Shown here one piece after another: positions 1-8,323 of a stretch of DNA of 64,000 nt. The stretch is from a plasmid, in NCBI RefSeq assembly GCF_056746865.1, contig NZ_JBWKMP010000003.1, one strand, 5' to 3'. The position numbers and the translations under genes were made by a program. Each line of letters opens with the position of its first letter. Position 1 is the stretch's first letter. The notes below the pieces were generated by a model. That model had not been told where the DNA came from, did not search any database, and worked only from the letters and a program-made list of their open reading frames with translations.

Positions 1-99
1 AAGATAGAAGCTCAATTACGAAAGGAGCAGCGTCAGTTGGTGGCGATGACTAACCAGCTATGGAACGCCGCTGTGAAAAAACGTGAGGCTTCCCTATGA
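1..99 (+). CDS. 3' end of an upstream gene (C-terminal fragment, function unknown)
   Basis: Frame is open from the window edge (...KIEAQLRKEQRQLVAMTNQLWNAAVKKREASL*). Its TGA stop overlaps the ATG of the next gene (ATGA), implying translational coupling. Confidence 0.35.
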   Translation, partial: KIEAQLRKEQRQLVAMTNQLWNAAVKKREASL

Positions 100-1460
100 C
101 GTTAATTAACTGGGAAGCGCATCGAGCTAAGTTCCTGGAGTTAAGAGAAGAAACCGGGATCACCATAAAAGAATATTGCGAGCAGCATGACCTCAGCTTT
201 AACACCGCCAGAAAGCATCTCAATATGAAAAAAAATGAGGTTAAGGCGAAAGCTAAGGCTACCGGGAAAAGTACAAAACAGCGCGCAAAAAGCAGCGCCA
301 CCGGCTCAAAAAAAGAGCAAAAAAAGGCTAATAAAAGCACAGAATTTACAAAAACTGACAAATCGTTGGCTGGTGGACGGTTCCGCGCCATGCCGCAAAA
401 ACAAAATGCGGATCACAAAGAAAAGCCAAGTAATAACAACAAGATACACAAGGATGTGAAGGGATCATTTTGTGATGAAATGGGAGAAATGATCCCTAAA
501 AGCAGCGATAAAGCCCAACGAAACAAGGGATCATTGCAAATGATCCCTGATTCATCAGCTCAAAGCACCACTTTGCCTGCCACCAACGTCGCCCGTGAGA
601 TGATGAAGAACGGCGCGACTGAACATTTACGACTTGCGATACAGATGGCGCAGGAACGAGCAATTCAGTATCAGGCTATCGTTGACCAGGAAGCGGAGCG
701 ACTACAGGAAGAGATTGACGCCCTCGGTGATACACAGCCAGAGGGGATGCACCCAGGGCAGCGTCTTCTCGGACTGATCAGCGATGCGGCCTACTACATG
801 AATGACTTTATCACCAGGCTGGCAGCCATCTATCAGAACGAGCAGAAGCTACGCCAGGGGGATGAAAAACTTGCGCAGGGCGCGCGTCAGCAGGCATTCA
901 GGGAGGCTGAGGCCAGAGAAAAACTGGCGATTGCCCGCCTACAAGCCGAGCAGCGTGGCAAGGAGATTGAGTATCGCATTGGCGCTGACGCACGCGCCGC
1001 CAGGGTTATCGCCGCCGCTATACGTATGCGTGAGCGCGAGGAGCTGGATGATATAGGTGTTGCTGAATATATCGAGCGGCAGGGCGTCAGTGTCCCGGCT
1101 ATCCTGGCGGCACGAGCGGCAAAAGCGATCTCACTTCTGGAGCCTCCGGTTTCTGACGTTAACGATGTTGATGATGAGCAACTGGATAAAGAGGCGAAGC
1201 AGTTTGCCGAGCAACAAGCTGGACTCCCACAATGGCTTGCACAACGCCGGGCTGAAGTAGCGAAAATCGTTGATAGGCTTGGGATGGGGGATTACGACCG
1301 GAACGGAGAACGTAAAGCCGGTGAATTTGAGGCCAATGATGAAGACCTGAATATAGACCCTTCCGCGACGGCTGATATCTACGGTGATTATGACGCGGGG
1401 GATACCGGTTTTGATGCTGTAGATGACGAGATTGCGATAGACCAGCCGGAGGATGACTAA
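96..1460 (+). CDS. pacA: terminase small subunit-like DNA-recognition protein (P1 PacA-like)
   Basis: 454 aa. N-terminal HTH-like stretch (ITIKEYCEQHDLSFNTARKHL), a Lys-rich linker and an acidic C-terminus. Stop overlaps the start of the terminase large subunit (TAATGG). GATC-rich inverted repeats sit in its 5' third, as for pac inside P1 pacA. Confidence 0.55.
   Translation: MTLINWEAHRAKFLELREETGITIKEYCEQHDLSFNTARKHLNMKKNEVKAKAKATGKSTKQRAKSSATGSKKEQKKANKSTEFTKTDKSLAGGRFRAMPQKQNADHKEKPSNNNKIHKDVKGSFCDEMGEMIPKSSDKAQRNKGSLQMIPDSSAQSTTLPATNVAREMMKNGATEHLRLAIQMAQERAIQYQAIVDQEAERLQEEIDALGDTQPEGMHPGQRLLGLISDAAYYMNDFITRLAAIYQNEQKLRQGDEKLAQGARQQAFREAEAREKLAIARLQAEQRGKEIEYRIGADARAARVIAAAIRMREREELDDIGVAEYIERQGVSVPAILAARAAKAISLLEPPVSDVNDVDDEQLDKEAKQFAEQQAGLPQWLAQRRAEVAKIVDRLGMGDYDRNGERKAGEFEANDEDLNIDPSATADIYGDYDAGDTGFDAVDDEIAIDQPEDD
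461..548. other. candidate pac (packaging initiation) site: two inverted pairs of AGGGATCATT / AATGATCCCT, giving 4 GATC Dam sites
   Basis: GATC at 464, 491, 529 and 542. Each pair is a perfect 10-bp inverted repeat, with spacers of 17 and 3 nt. The repeats lie inside the pacA-like ORF, matching P1 pac architecture (clustered TGATCA/G hexamers within pacA). Confidence 0.4.
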
Positions 1461-2968
1461 TGGCTGGTGGTCGTAAGATTAAGTGCGTCACCAGTGATCC
1501 ACGTTGGCGCGATATGGTTATCAGGTATCGATACAACTTTACCCAGGCGGTTGTCGATATTTTTGGGATGTTCCCCTCCCACCAGCAGCAGCAGATCATT
1601 CAGTCAGTGCAGGAGACGGGGAGCAGGACGACCGTTACGTCCGGACACGGAACGGGTAAGTCGTCCCTTACCGCGATGTTGCTACTAATTTTTATGATCC
1701 TGTTCCCCGACGCCCGCGTCATTATTGTTGCGAACAAAATAGGCCAGGTAAAAACAGGCGTATTCAAATACGTGAAACAGTTTTGGGCGAATGCTGTTAA
1801 GCGCCACGGCTGGTTACAGACCTATTTTGTCCTGTCTGACACCATGTTTTATGAGCGTTCCCGTAAAGGGATATGGGAAGTGCTCTGTAAAGGTTATCGA
1901 CTCGGTAACGAAGAGGCACTGGCGGGGGAGCACGCGGAGCATTTACTGCTAATCCTTGATGAAGCATCGGGCATATCCGATAAGGCGATTAACGTCATGA
2001 CGGGGGCGTTAACGCAGAAAGATAACCGTATGCTCATGCTTTCCCAGCCTACGCGTCCAAGCGGTTACTTTTATGAATCTCACCATTCAAGGGCAAAGGC
2101 AGAAGGCAATCCGGAAGGTGTCTGGACGGCAATAGTCCTTAACTCTGAAGAATCACCATTCGTTGAACCGAGCTTTATTCGTGAGAAATTGCTGGAGTAC
2201 GGCGGCAGGGATTCGCTGGAGTACATGGTTAAGGTGCTGGGCCAGTTCCCGCGTGCAATTAACGGGTATTTGCTTGGTCGTGATGAGTGCGACCGCGCCG
2301 CACGGCGTAAAGTGTTGCTGGAGAAAGATTGGGGCTGGGTAGCGACCGCTGACGTCGGTAATGGTCGCGATAAATCGGTGCTCAATATATGCAAAGTATC
2401 CGGTTATCGTGAGAAACGACGCGTTGTGAACTTTAAGATACTGGAGATGCCAGGCACTATGGACCCGTTGGCTTTTGCCGACTTTATCTATAACGAATGC
2501 ACTCCTGATAAATACCCGAACATCACCATTGCTGTGGATGCTGATGGCTTTGGTTCAGATACGTGTGCGCAGCTTGTCCGCCGTGGTGCTAATCCCGTTC
2601 GCATCCGTTGGGGTAAGCCTATGTTTGCGCTAAGAGACAGAGAACGCTTTGTCAATCAGCGTGCTTACGCCAATATTATGGCAGGGGATGCCATTAAATC
2701 CGGGCGTATGCGTATCGATAGTGACCCCAAAACCGCAGATCAGGCATCAAAAATCCCGTATATGCTTAACGAAGAAGGGAAGGTAGCGATGATGCGCAAG
2801 GAGCACATGCGGCAGAAGTTAAACATCAAGTCACCGGACAGATGGGATACCTACTGCTTCACTATGCTGGTGGATTACGTGCCTGCTAATGAAGACATTG
2901 GCGCAGAACTCGCAACATTCCGCGATCAGGTGTTGGCAGAAGTGGATATTCCTGATATTGACATTTAA
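1460..2968 (+). CDS. pacB: terminase large subunit (ATPase plus RNase H-like nuclease; P1 PacB-like)
   Basis: 502 aa. Walker A-like VTSGHGTGKSS and Walker B LLLILDEAS. C-terminal nuclease-type acidic motifs ATADVGNGRD and IAVDADGFGS. Translationally coupled to the upstream TerS-like gene. Confidence 0.8.
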   Translation: MAGGRKIKCVTSDPRWRDMVIRYRYNFTQAVVDIFGMFPSHQQQQIIQSVQETGSRTTVTSGHGTGKSSLTAMLLLIFMILFPDARVIIVANKIGQVKTGVFKYVKQFWANAVKRHGWLQTYFVLSDTMFYERSRKGIWEVLCKGYRLGNEEALAGEHAEHLLLILDEASGISDKAINVMTGALTQKDNRMLMLSQPTRPSGYFYESHHSRAKAEGNPEGVWTAIVLNSEESPFVEPSFIREKLLEYGGRDSLEYMVKVLGQFPRAINGYLLGRDECDRAARRKVLLEKDWGWVATADVGNGRDKSVLNICKVSGYREKRRVVNFKILEMPGTMDPLAFADFIYNECTPDKYPNITIAVDADGFGSDTCAQLVRRGANPVRIRWGKPMFALRDRERFVNQRAYANIMAGDAIKSGRMRIDSDPKTADQASKIPYMLNEEGKVAMMRKEHMRQKLNIKSPDRWDTYCFTMLVDYVPANEDIGAELATFRDQVLAEVDIPDIDI

Positions 2969-2990
2969 AAGCCCCGGCGATTCGGGGCTT
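2967..2990. terminator. bidirectional hairpin between convergent pacB and the minus-strand gene
   Basis: AAAAGCCCCGGCGATTCGGGGCTT: 6-bp GC stem with flanking A/T runs on both strands. Confidence 0.5.
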
Positions 2991-3005
2991 GTGGGTGGCT
3001 TGCGA

Positions 3006-4044
3006 TTACCAGAGTTTTGCCGCGTACATCGTTTGTGTGAATGTGTACCCATAGCGTTCTTCAACGCTTTTACCGTATTTTTTCCTGGCTTCAGTAAGGC
3101 GGATGCCTGTCAGGTCATCGCCGGAGGCAATCATAACTTCCAGTAGTTCCAGGTCCATTTTATCCAGCCTTGCCATTGCATCTTTAGCCTCTTGAATTTT
3201 CCGGCTAACGATCTGGTGTATGGCTGGATCGGCTTCGGCCAGCATTTTATCTGATTTGTTTTTTAAACTCTGATTGCGGATATCAATGTTTCTCAGGATA
3301 TATGACTTCACGACGTAGCTTGGCTGCTGCTTTTCCAGATCACGAACCCGATAAAGGTCAAATTCGCCGAGAAGTCCGCACGGAAGCGGTTTAATGCCAG
3401 TGTAAATGGTAAGGGTGCGGCGCTCACCAACGTTGTTAACAACGGGAATCTCTGTGTTTGCTTTTTTTGCAAAGATCAGCGCACCGTGCGTACCCACTCT
3501 GAAGCGTGAAAGTCCATTGTTGCCCTCAATATTGGTGGTAATCACCACATCGGTATAACCTTCTTTTCTTGCGCGGTATACCTCGCCCTCACGTTCAGCG
3601 GCGAAGAATCTGCGTTCTTCTTCAAGCGCACCGACAACCTGTGAAAATATCCTGTTTTTCATGCTTTTCTTTATAGTTTTATCGTATTTTTTCAGCAGGT
3701 CTTCGCGCGTAAATGTTCTCGTTGTGGTTGCGCTTTGCATAACGATGTGCGTACTCTGATTAGTATCCTCAACAATGAATGGGATCGGTAAATAAACCGA
3801 CTCAACAATGTTTGAGGCTTTGTCATCATCCTTGCGACACAGATCAACAAAGGCTTTCCATTCGGCTATGCATTTTTCAGCTTCTTCTAATACAGCCGGA
3901 TCATGTGTTAATGCAACATGGCGAAATTCCTCGCCAACATAACTGGTATCATGGAAAACAGAGTTTGCGACCACCAGCTCTTTCCACCTTTCAGCGGTTT
4001 GCAGGAACCGTTTGTACTCATTCTCGATCGACTTCTTACTCATT
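3006..4044 (-). CDS. hypothetical protein; positional analogue of the P1 c1 immunity repressor (function unproven)
   Basis: 346 aa from the MSKKSIENEY start with AGGAATAATG RBS; the longer track ORF lacks an RBS. Lies between pacB and lox-cre on the opposite strand, as c1 does in P1. Its upstream region carries operator-like TTTTCTAACA motifs. No sequence similarity to P1 C1 could be recalled. Confidence 0.5.
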
Positions 4045-4057
4045 ATTCCTACTCGAT

Positions 4058-4075
4058 TTAGTTTTCTAACATAAA
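4058..4075. promoter_or_regulatory. operator-like motif copy (TTTTCTAACA core) upstream of the minus-strand repressor candidate
   Basis: One of about 14 copies of the core ATTTTCTAACA found across 10 intergenic sites. Confidence 0.4.
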
Positions 4076-4145
4076 AGTCCTGTGACAAATTTATGCTGAA
4101 TAACAAGGTGAGTAAAGGATAAAACCGCTTTTTTTTGATTGTTCC

Positions 4146-4161
4146 TATTAGAAAATGTAAC
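4146..4161. promoter_or_regulatory. operator-like motif copy (TATTAGAAAATGTAAC)
   Basis: Variant of the dispersed motif, in the regulatory region between the repressor candidate and lox. Confidence 0.35.
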
Positions 4162-4238
4162 CAGGAGCGGCTACCGCATGGCTGACGGATTTGCGAAGTG
4201 ATCTGGTCGGTGTTTTTTTGGGAAAAAAGTTCCGATTT

Positions 4239-4272
4239 CTAACTTTAAATAATTGGCATTATTTAAAGTTAG
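4239..4272. other. lox-like recombination site (34 bp: 13-bp inverted arms CTAACTTTAAATA, 8-bp spacer ATTGGCAT)
   Basis: Perfect inverted arms (15+4+15, or 13+8+13 in loxP layout). The arm matches the loxP arm ATAACTTCGTATA at 9/13 positions. Sits 150 bp upstream of the Cre gene, as loxP does in P1. Confidence 0.6.
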
Positions 4273-4423
4273 GCTATAATCTCCAGTAAACAGGCAGTAT
4301 TGACAAGGATGAAAAATCATGCCTCGAATCAAAGGCTTGAATTTTGAAAATTAACTTATAACTACCCTGTCAGTTTTCTATTTTTCACGTAGCGTTATCT
4401 GTATATAGAGGTTTAATAGTTTC

Positions 4424-5452
4424 ATGGGTGAACTAGTTATCTCCGGCGGTTCTGGTGGTTTTCTGCGCGATATTGGCACCGAATACCAGGAAGCTGCAAA
4501 AAACTTTATGCAGTTCATGAACGACCAGGGAGCTTATGCTCCAAATACGCTTCGAGATCTCCGTCTGGTGTTTCATTCCTGGGCGCGGTGGTGTAATTCG
4601 CGCCAGCGCCCCTGGTTCCCGATTACGCCGGAAATGGCCCGCGAGTATCTTCTCCAGTTGCATGAGGCCGATCTGGCCTCGACCACCATTGATAAGCACT
4701 ATGCCATGCTTAACATGCTGCTTTCGCAATGTGGCCTCCCGCCGCTGTCGGACGATAAAAGTGTGTCTCTGGCCATGCGGCGCATCCGGCGCGAAGCGGC
4801 AACGGAAAAAGGCGAGCGAACAGGCCAGGCTATACCGTTGCGGTGGGATGATCTGAAATTGCTCGACGTGTTGCTGTCCCGTTCCGAGCGGCTGGTGGAC
4901 CTGCGCAATCGGGCGTTTCTCTTCGTGGCATACAATACCCTGATGCGTATGTCAGAAATCTCGCGCATCCGCGTCGGAGATCTGGACCAAACAGGTGACA
5001 CTGTAACGCTGCATATTTCACACACGAAGACCATCACGACCGCCGCCGGACTTGATAAGGTGCTTTCTCGTTACACTACCGCCGTACTGAACGACTGGCT
5101 GGAGGTGTCCGGACTTCGAGAACATCCGGACGCGGTGCTATTCCCGCCAATACACCGCAGTAATAAGGCCAGAATCACGACAACGCCCCTTACTGCACCT
5201 GCAATGGAGAAAATATTCAGCGATGCCTGGGGGTTGCTGAACAAACGAGATGCCACGCCGAACAAAGGAAGATACCGGACGTGGACAGGCCATAGTGCGC
5301 GTGTTGGTGCGGCAATTGATATGGCTGAGAAACAGGTGTCAATGGTCGAGATCATGCAGGAAGGTACATGGAAAAAGCCCGAAACACTTATGCGATATTT
5401 GCGCCGTAGCGGGGCATCCGTTGGTGCAAATAGTCGCCTGATGGACTCATAA
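4424..5452 (+). CDS. cre: Cre-family tyrosine site-specific recombinase
   Basis: 342 aa. Long collinear matches to P1 Cre: LAMRRIRRE, RNRAFLFVAYNTLMRMSEISRIRVGDL, HISHTKT, WTGHSARVGAAIDMA, IMQEGTWKKPETLMRYLR. Catalytic R..HxxR..Y pattern is present. Confidence 0.9.
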   Translation: MGELVISGGSGGFLRDIGTEYQEAAKNFMQFMNDQGAYAPNTLRDLRLVFHSWARWCNSRQRPWFPITPEMAREYLLQLHEADLASTTIDKHYAMLNMLLSQCGLPPLSDDKSVSLAMRRIRREAATEKGERTGQAIPLRWDDLKLLDVLLSRSERLVDLRNRAFLFVAYNTLMRMSEISRIRVGDLDQTGDTVTLHISHTKTITTAAGLDKVLSRYTTAVLNDWLEVSGLREHPDAVLFPPIHRSNKARITTTPLTAPAMEKIFSDAWGLLNKRDATPNKGRYRTWTGHSARVGAAIDMAEKQVSMVEIMQEGTWKKPETLMRYLRRSGASVGANSRLMDS

Positions 5453-5468
5453 ATTAATTTTCTAACAA
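5452..5468. promoter_or_regulatory. operator-like motif copy (TTAATTTTCTAACAACC) just after the cre stop
   Basis: Near-identical to the copy after ref (25208..25229). Confidence 0.4.
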
Positions 5469-5498
5469 CCTTTTTAGACAGTGCATTTTAATGTAAAG

Positions 5499-5528
5499 TA
5501 CCCTCGCCTATTGCGGAGGGTACTTTGC
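5499..5528 (+). terminator. hairpin GTACCCTCGCCTATTGCGGAGGGTAC followed by TTTG
   Basis: 10-bp stem downstream of cre; the U-tract is short. Confidence 0.4.
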
Positions 5529-5869
5529 ACAATCGTATTACGGAATCAAAACGCTTCACTGTTGACGGTTACACCATAACCTTCACTGCGGGCGTTAAGC
5601 GCGACCAGGCGGTCGTGGTGTTCGGTGTTATGACCGGACTTGATGCCGTTCCCGTATTTACCCTCGAAAAAAACTGGCGAAATCTGGAGGAAGCTGAACG
5701 CTACGTCCGGAAAGTAACCGTCATTGCTGCTGAAAAACTCCTGGCCCACTATCAGGAAAATTATCGCGCTATGACCGAGAAAATTAACCATGTTTTCACT
5801 CGCCCCACCAGCGGCTTCATTGCCCCTGATGCGAATGCCGGGCGCTATCCGGCAAGGGGGCGCAAATGA
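5525..5869 (+). CDS. hypothetical protein (start uncertain)
   Basis: 114-aa ORF, first gene of a six-gene operon with 4-nt overlaps between genes. No recognisable motif. Confidence 0.4.
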   Translation: MHNRITESKRFTVDGYTITFTAGVKRDQAVVVFGVMTGLDAVPVFTLEKNWRNLEEAERYVRKVTVIAAEKLLAHYQENYRAMTEKINHVFTRPTSGFIAPDANAGRYPARGRK

Positions 5870-6354
5870 AAACTTACTACCCATCCCTGAACTGTTATCC
5901 AACCACTAATCCTGAGCTGTCAGGGAAACTTCTGTCCCTCCTGGCTGATAGTCCTGATGAATGGCATAAGCCTGGTGATATCAACACACAGTTCCCTGAG
6001 TACGGGTGTATCCGCACCCGAAATGAGCTGAAGAACCTCATTGCTCACGGTTTTGTCCGTCACCGTAGCGGGAAAGGCTATCAGTTGGCTATCCCACAAG
6101 GAGAGGCAAGAGAACTCTTTGGCTATCGAGAAAGCCAGACGCAAGCGCGGGTGATCGCAGAAATTATCCGTAATGGCAGCGTCTATGCCCGCAAATTCTG
6201 GCTGTCTGGCGGTGGTGATGCATCACAGTTCTTGCGTGCTGTGCGATCGCTGGAGGAACAAGGTGTTATCGAGAATACCTGCGTCTCCGTTCCGACCGCT
6301 CCGCATATCAAACGCCGGATTTATACATTTACCCGGAGAGCTAAAAAGCAATGA
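5866..6354 (+). CDS. hypothetical protein, possible winged-helix fold
   Basis: 162 aa. ATGA overlap with both the upstream and downstream gene. Confidence 0.5.
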   Translation: MKTYYPSLNCYPTTNPELSGKLLSLLADSPDEWHKPGDINTQFPEYGCIRTRNELKNLIAHGFVRHRSGKGYQLAIPQGEARELFGYRESQTQARVIAEIIRNGSVYARKFWLSGGGDASQFLRAVRSLEEQGVIENTCVSVPTAPHIKRRIYTFTRRAKKQ

Positions 6355-6845
6355 TTAACGTGAAAGTGAAACGCCTTCATCCGGCGGCAAAACTCCCCGT
6401 TTACGCCACCGCCGGATCGGCGGCGATGGATTTTGTTGCTGTTGAAATAACGCCGGGTATCGATAGCAACGGCGCTATTTCCTCAAGCTGGTGGGTGCAT
6501 ACCGGCCTCGCTATGGCGATCCCTCCTGGCTGGTGTCTGAAACTTTATCCTCGTTCCGGATTGGGCTGCAAAAAGCATACGCGCCTGGCTAACTGCGTAG
6601 GAATTATCGACTCCGATTATCGCGGTGAAATCAAAGCAAAACTGATTACAGATCCCGGTGGTGAAGGCGTTTGCCTCAAGCCAGGAATGGCGGTCATGCA
6701 AGGCATTTTTGAGCGTGTTGAACCGGTATCGCTGGTAGAAGTTGATGAACTCGATGAAACAGAGCGAGGTGCTGGTGGCTTTGGTAGCACATCGGAAGAC
6801 CGCATTGAAATCAAGCGTACACCGCTTCAGTACGCAAAGTTTTAA
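6351..6845 (+). CDS. dut: dUTPase (trimeric dUTP diphosphatase)
   Basis: 164 aa with the five dUTPase motifs in order: AGSAAMD, PRSGLG, GIIDSDYRGE, and C-terminal GxGGFGSTS. Confidence 0.85.
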   Translation: MINVKVKRLHPAAKLPVYATAGSAAMDFVAVEITPGIDSNGAISSSWWVHTGLAMAIPPGWCLKLYPRSGLGCKKHTRLANCVGIIDSDYRGEIKAKLITDPGGEGVCLKPGMAVMQGIFERVEPVSLVEVDELDETERGAGGFGSTSEDRIEIKRTPLQYAKF

Positions 6846-6859
6846 GTAGAGGAAAGGCT

Positions 6860-7510
6860 ATGAATAACATGCCAACGAAAGAGCTTTTTAAGTTCCTTCC
6901 CAAATACAAAGCTCACAAAAACGTTAGTGCATCGAAAATTAAAAATGTTGTTATTTTCGGAGTAACTGATGCCCCACTTTGGGGCTGCATCGAACTCGTT
7001 GAACCAAAAGGGGCAACAGTTTGTGTTGACGCAATGTTTTTACAAAAACACCGACCAAAAACTGGCGGGTATCTGATCGTTTATGAAAACGGTTATCTGT
7101 TCTATGCCCCGGAGAAACCATTTGAGGAATGCTATGGCCTGGTTAACGACGCCTCCAAAAATGGAACCACGGTCATCATTACGGATGACAACGGCGTGAT
7201 GATTAATCTTACTGGGAGCGTAACTATTTCTGCTGGTGGCATCACCACCCAGCAAGAAGAAATCGACCTTGAAGCAGCCGACTTCTCTGATGCGCTAATG
7301 TGGTTGAAGGAAGGCAAGAAAGTTGCCCGACGCGAGTGGAAAGGCGAAAAGCAATTCTGCTGGTTAGTTCTCGCTGGAAGCGTCAATTTACACGGCATTC
7401 ACGTTCCTTATGGTGACCATTTTGTATTGAAAGATGCACAAAATATGGACAGCGTTTGGTTGCCGTCTGTGGATGATTTACTGGCCTGTGACTGGTTTGT
7501 TGTGGAGTGA
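6860..7510 (+). CDS. hypothetical protein with a C-terminal DUF2829-like domain
   Basis: 216 aa. C-terminus FSDALMWLKEGKKVARREWKG...WLPSVDDLLACDWFVVE resembles the phage DUF2829 signature. Confidence 0.5.
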   Translation: MNNMPTKELFKFLPKYKAHKNVSASKIKNVVIFGVTDAPLWGCIELVEPKGATVCVDAMFLQKHRPKTGGYLIVYENGYLFYAPEKPFEECYGLVNDASKNGTTVIITDDNGVMINLTGSVTISAGGITTQQEEIDLEAADFSDALMWLKEGKKVARREWKGEKQFCWLVLAGSVNLHGIHVPYGDHFVLKDAQNMDSVWLPSVDDLLACDWFVVE

Positions 7511-7516
7511 TTTAAC

Positions 7517-8323
7517 GTGGAAAATACCAAGAACATTCAATATCGCTTGCGTAACGGCCTGCTGGTGGATGTAAACGATGATATGTCCCTGCCCTTTGCC
7601 ACCATTGAGCGAACCATCCTTACATACCTGGGCTTAGACGAAGAGTTAGATAGTGAGAATGGCATTGCTATCTGGCGTGACGGAAAAACGGGAGTCAGAC
7701 GTTTTATTACGGCAAGAGGCATTCAGTGCACACAGGAAGAATTGTTTGAACTGGCGCAGTCTTATGGATGCATCGCGTTAGATCCCCTGTATGACCCAGC
7801 CATAGCACAACAACTCATTCGAGAGCTGTCGCTTTCGGTCACGCCAATAATCTTCCGCCAGGGAACCTTAACCGGCACATGGCGTGTAGAACGCATCTCT
7901 AAATATCAGCCATATAATATCCATTTGAACGGCACTATTACTGGTGTGGATCAACCAGTAGCAGGTGAAAACAAAGACCTGGAACTTGCAGTAATGATGG
8001 CAGCTTGTCGCGTGCTTGGCCTGGGCAAGCAGATGTTTATCCATTTCCCAAACGGCGCGGAAGGCGAAGTAGAGCTGATTTCCTGCGACTTTTCCTTAAC
8101 CTGGATGCTTGATGAATTCCTGGACAAAACAGTATTCCGTGCTGAAGAACTGGATATGTATGTCACCTCAAGTATTCCTAATGACGTGAAAGTTGAGGCC
8201 ATCGCTACAGCCAGGGCGAAATGCCGTGCGGCGATTGCAGAACAGGCCAAAGAAGAACAGTCCGATGAAGTCGCGGCAGATGTGGAGGCAGAGGTAGCGG
8301 AGGATGCTGATGCTGACGCCTAA
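7517..8323 (+). CDS. hypothetical protein (GTG start, acidic C-terminus)
   Basis: 268 aa. Stop overlaps the start of the TerL-like paralogue by 20 nt. Confidence 0.5.
   Translation: MENTKNIQYRLRNGLLVDVNDDMSLPFATIERTILTYLGLDEELDSENGIAIWRDGKTGVRRFITARGIQCTQEELFELAQSYGCIALDPLYDPAIAQQLIRELSLSVTPIIFRQGTLTGTWRVERISKYQPYNIHLNGTITGVDQPVAGENKDLELAVMMAACRVLGLGKQMFIHFPNGAEGEVELISCDFSLTWMLDEFLDKTVFRAEELDMYVTSSIPNDVKVEAIATARAKCRAAIAEQAKEEQSDEVAADVEAEVAEDADADA

Noticed and set aside
1-95. P1 late-promoter / Lpa box upstream of pacA
   Set aside because: A CTGTGAAAAAA segment is present but I cannot reproduce the P1 late-promoter consensus from memory with enough certainty to call it.
235-459. 74-aa ORF 235..459 and 113-aa minus ORF 50..391 overlapping pacA
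   Set aside because: Lys-rich alternative-frame and antisense translations of the Lys-rich pacA linker. Nested in a supported gene.
3006-4106. Assigning 3006..4106 as an orthologue of P1 C1 repressor
   Set aside because: Only position and orientation support this. Size (346 versus 283 aa) and operator motif differ from P1, and I could not recall any matching sequence, so it is reported as a positional analogue only.
4239-4272. Identity with loxP
   Set aside because: Arms differ from loxP at 4 of 13 positions and the spacer is unrelated (ATTGGCAT versus GCATACAT). It is lox-like, not loxP.
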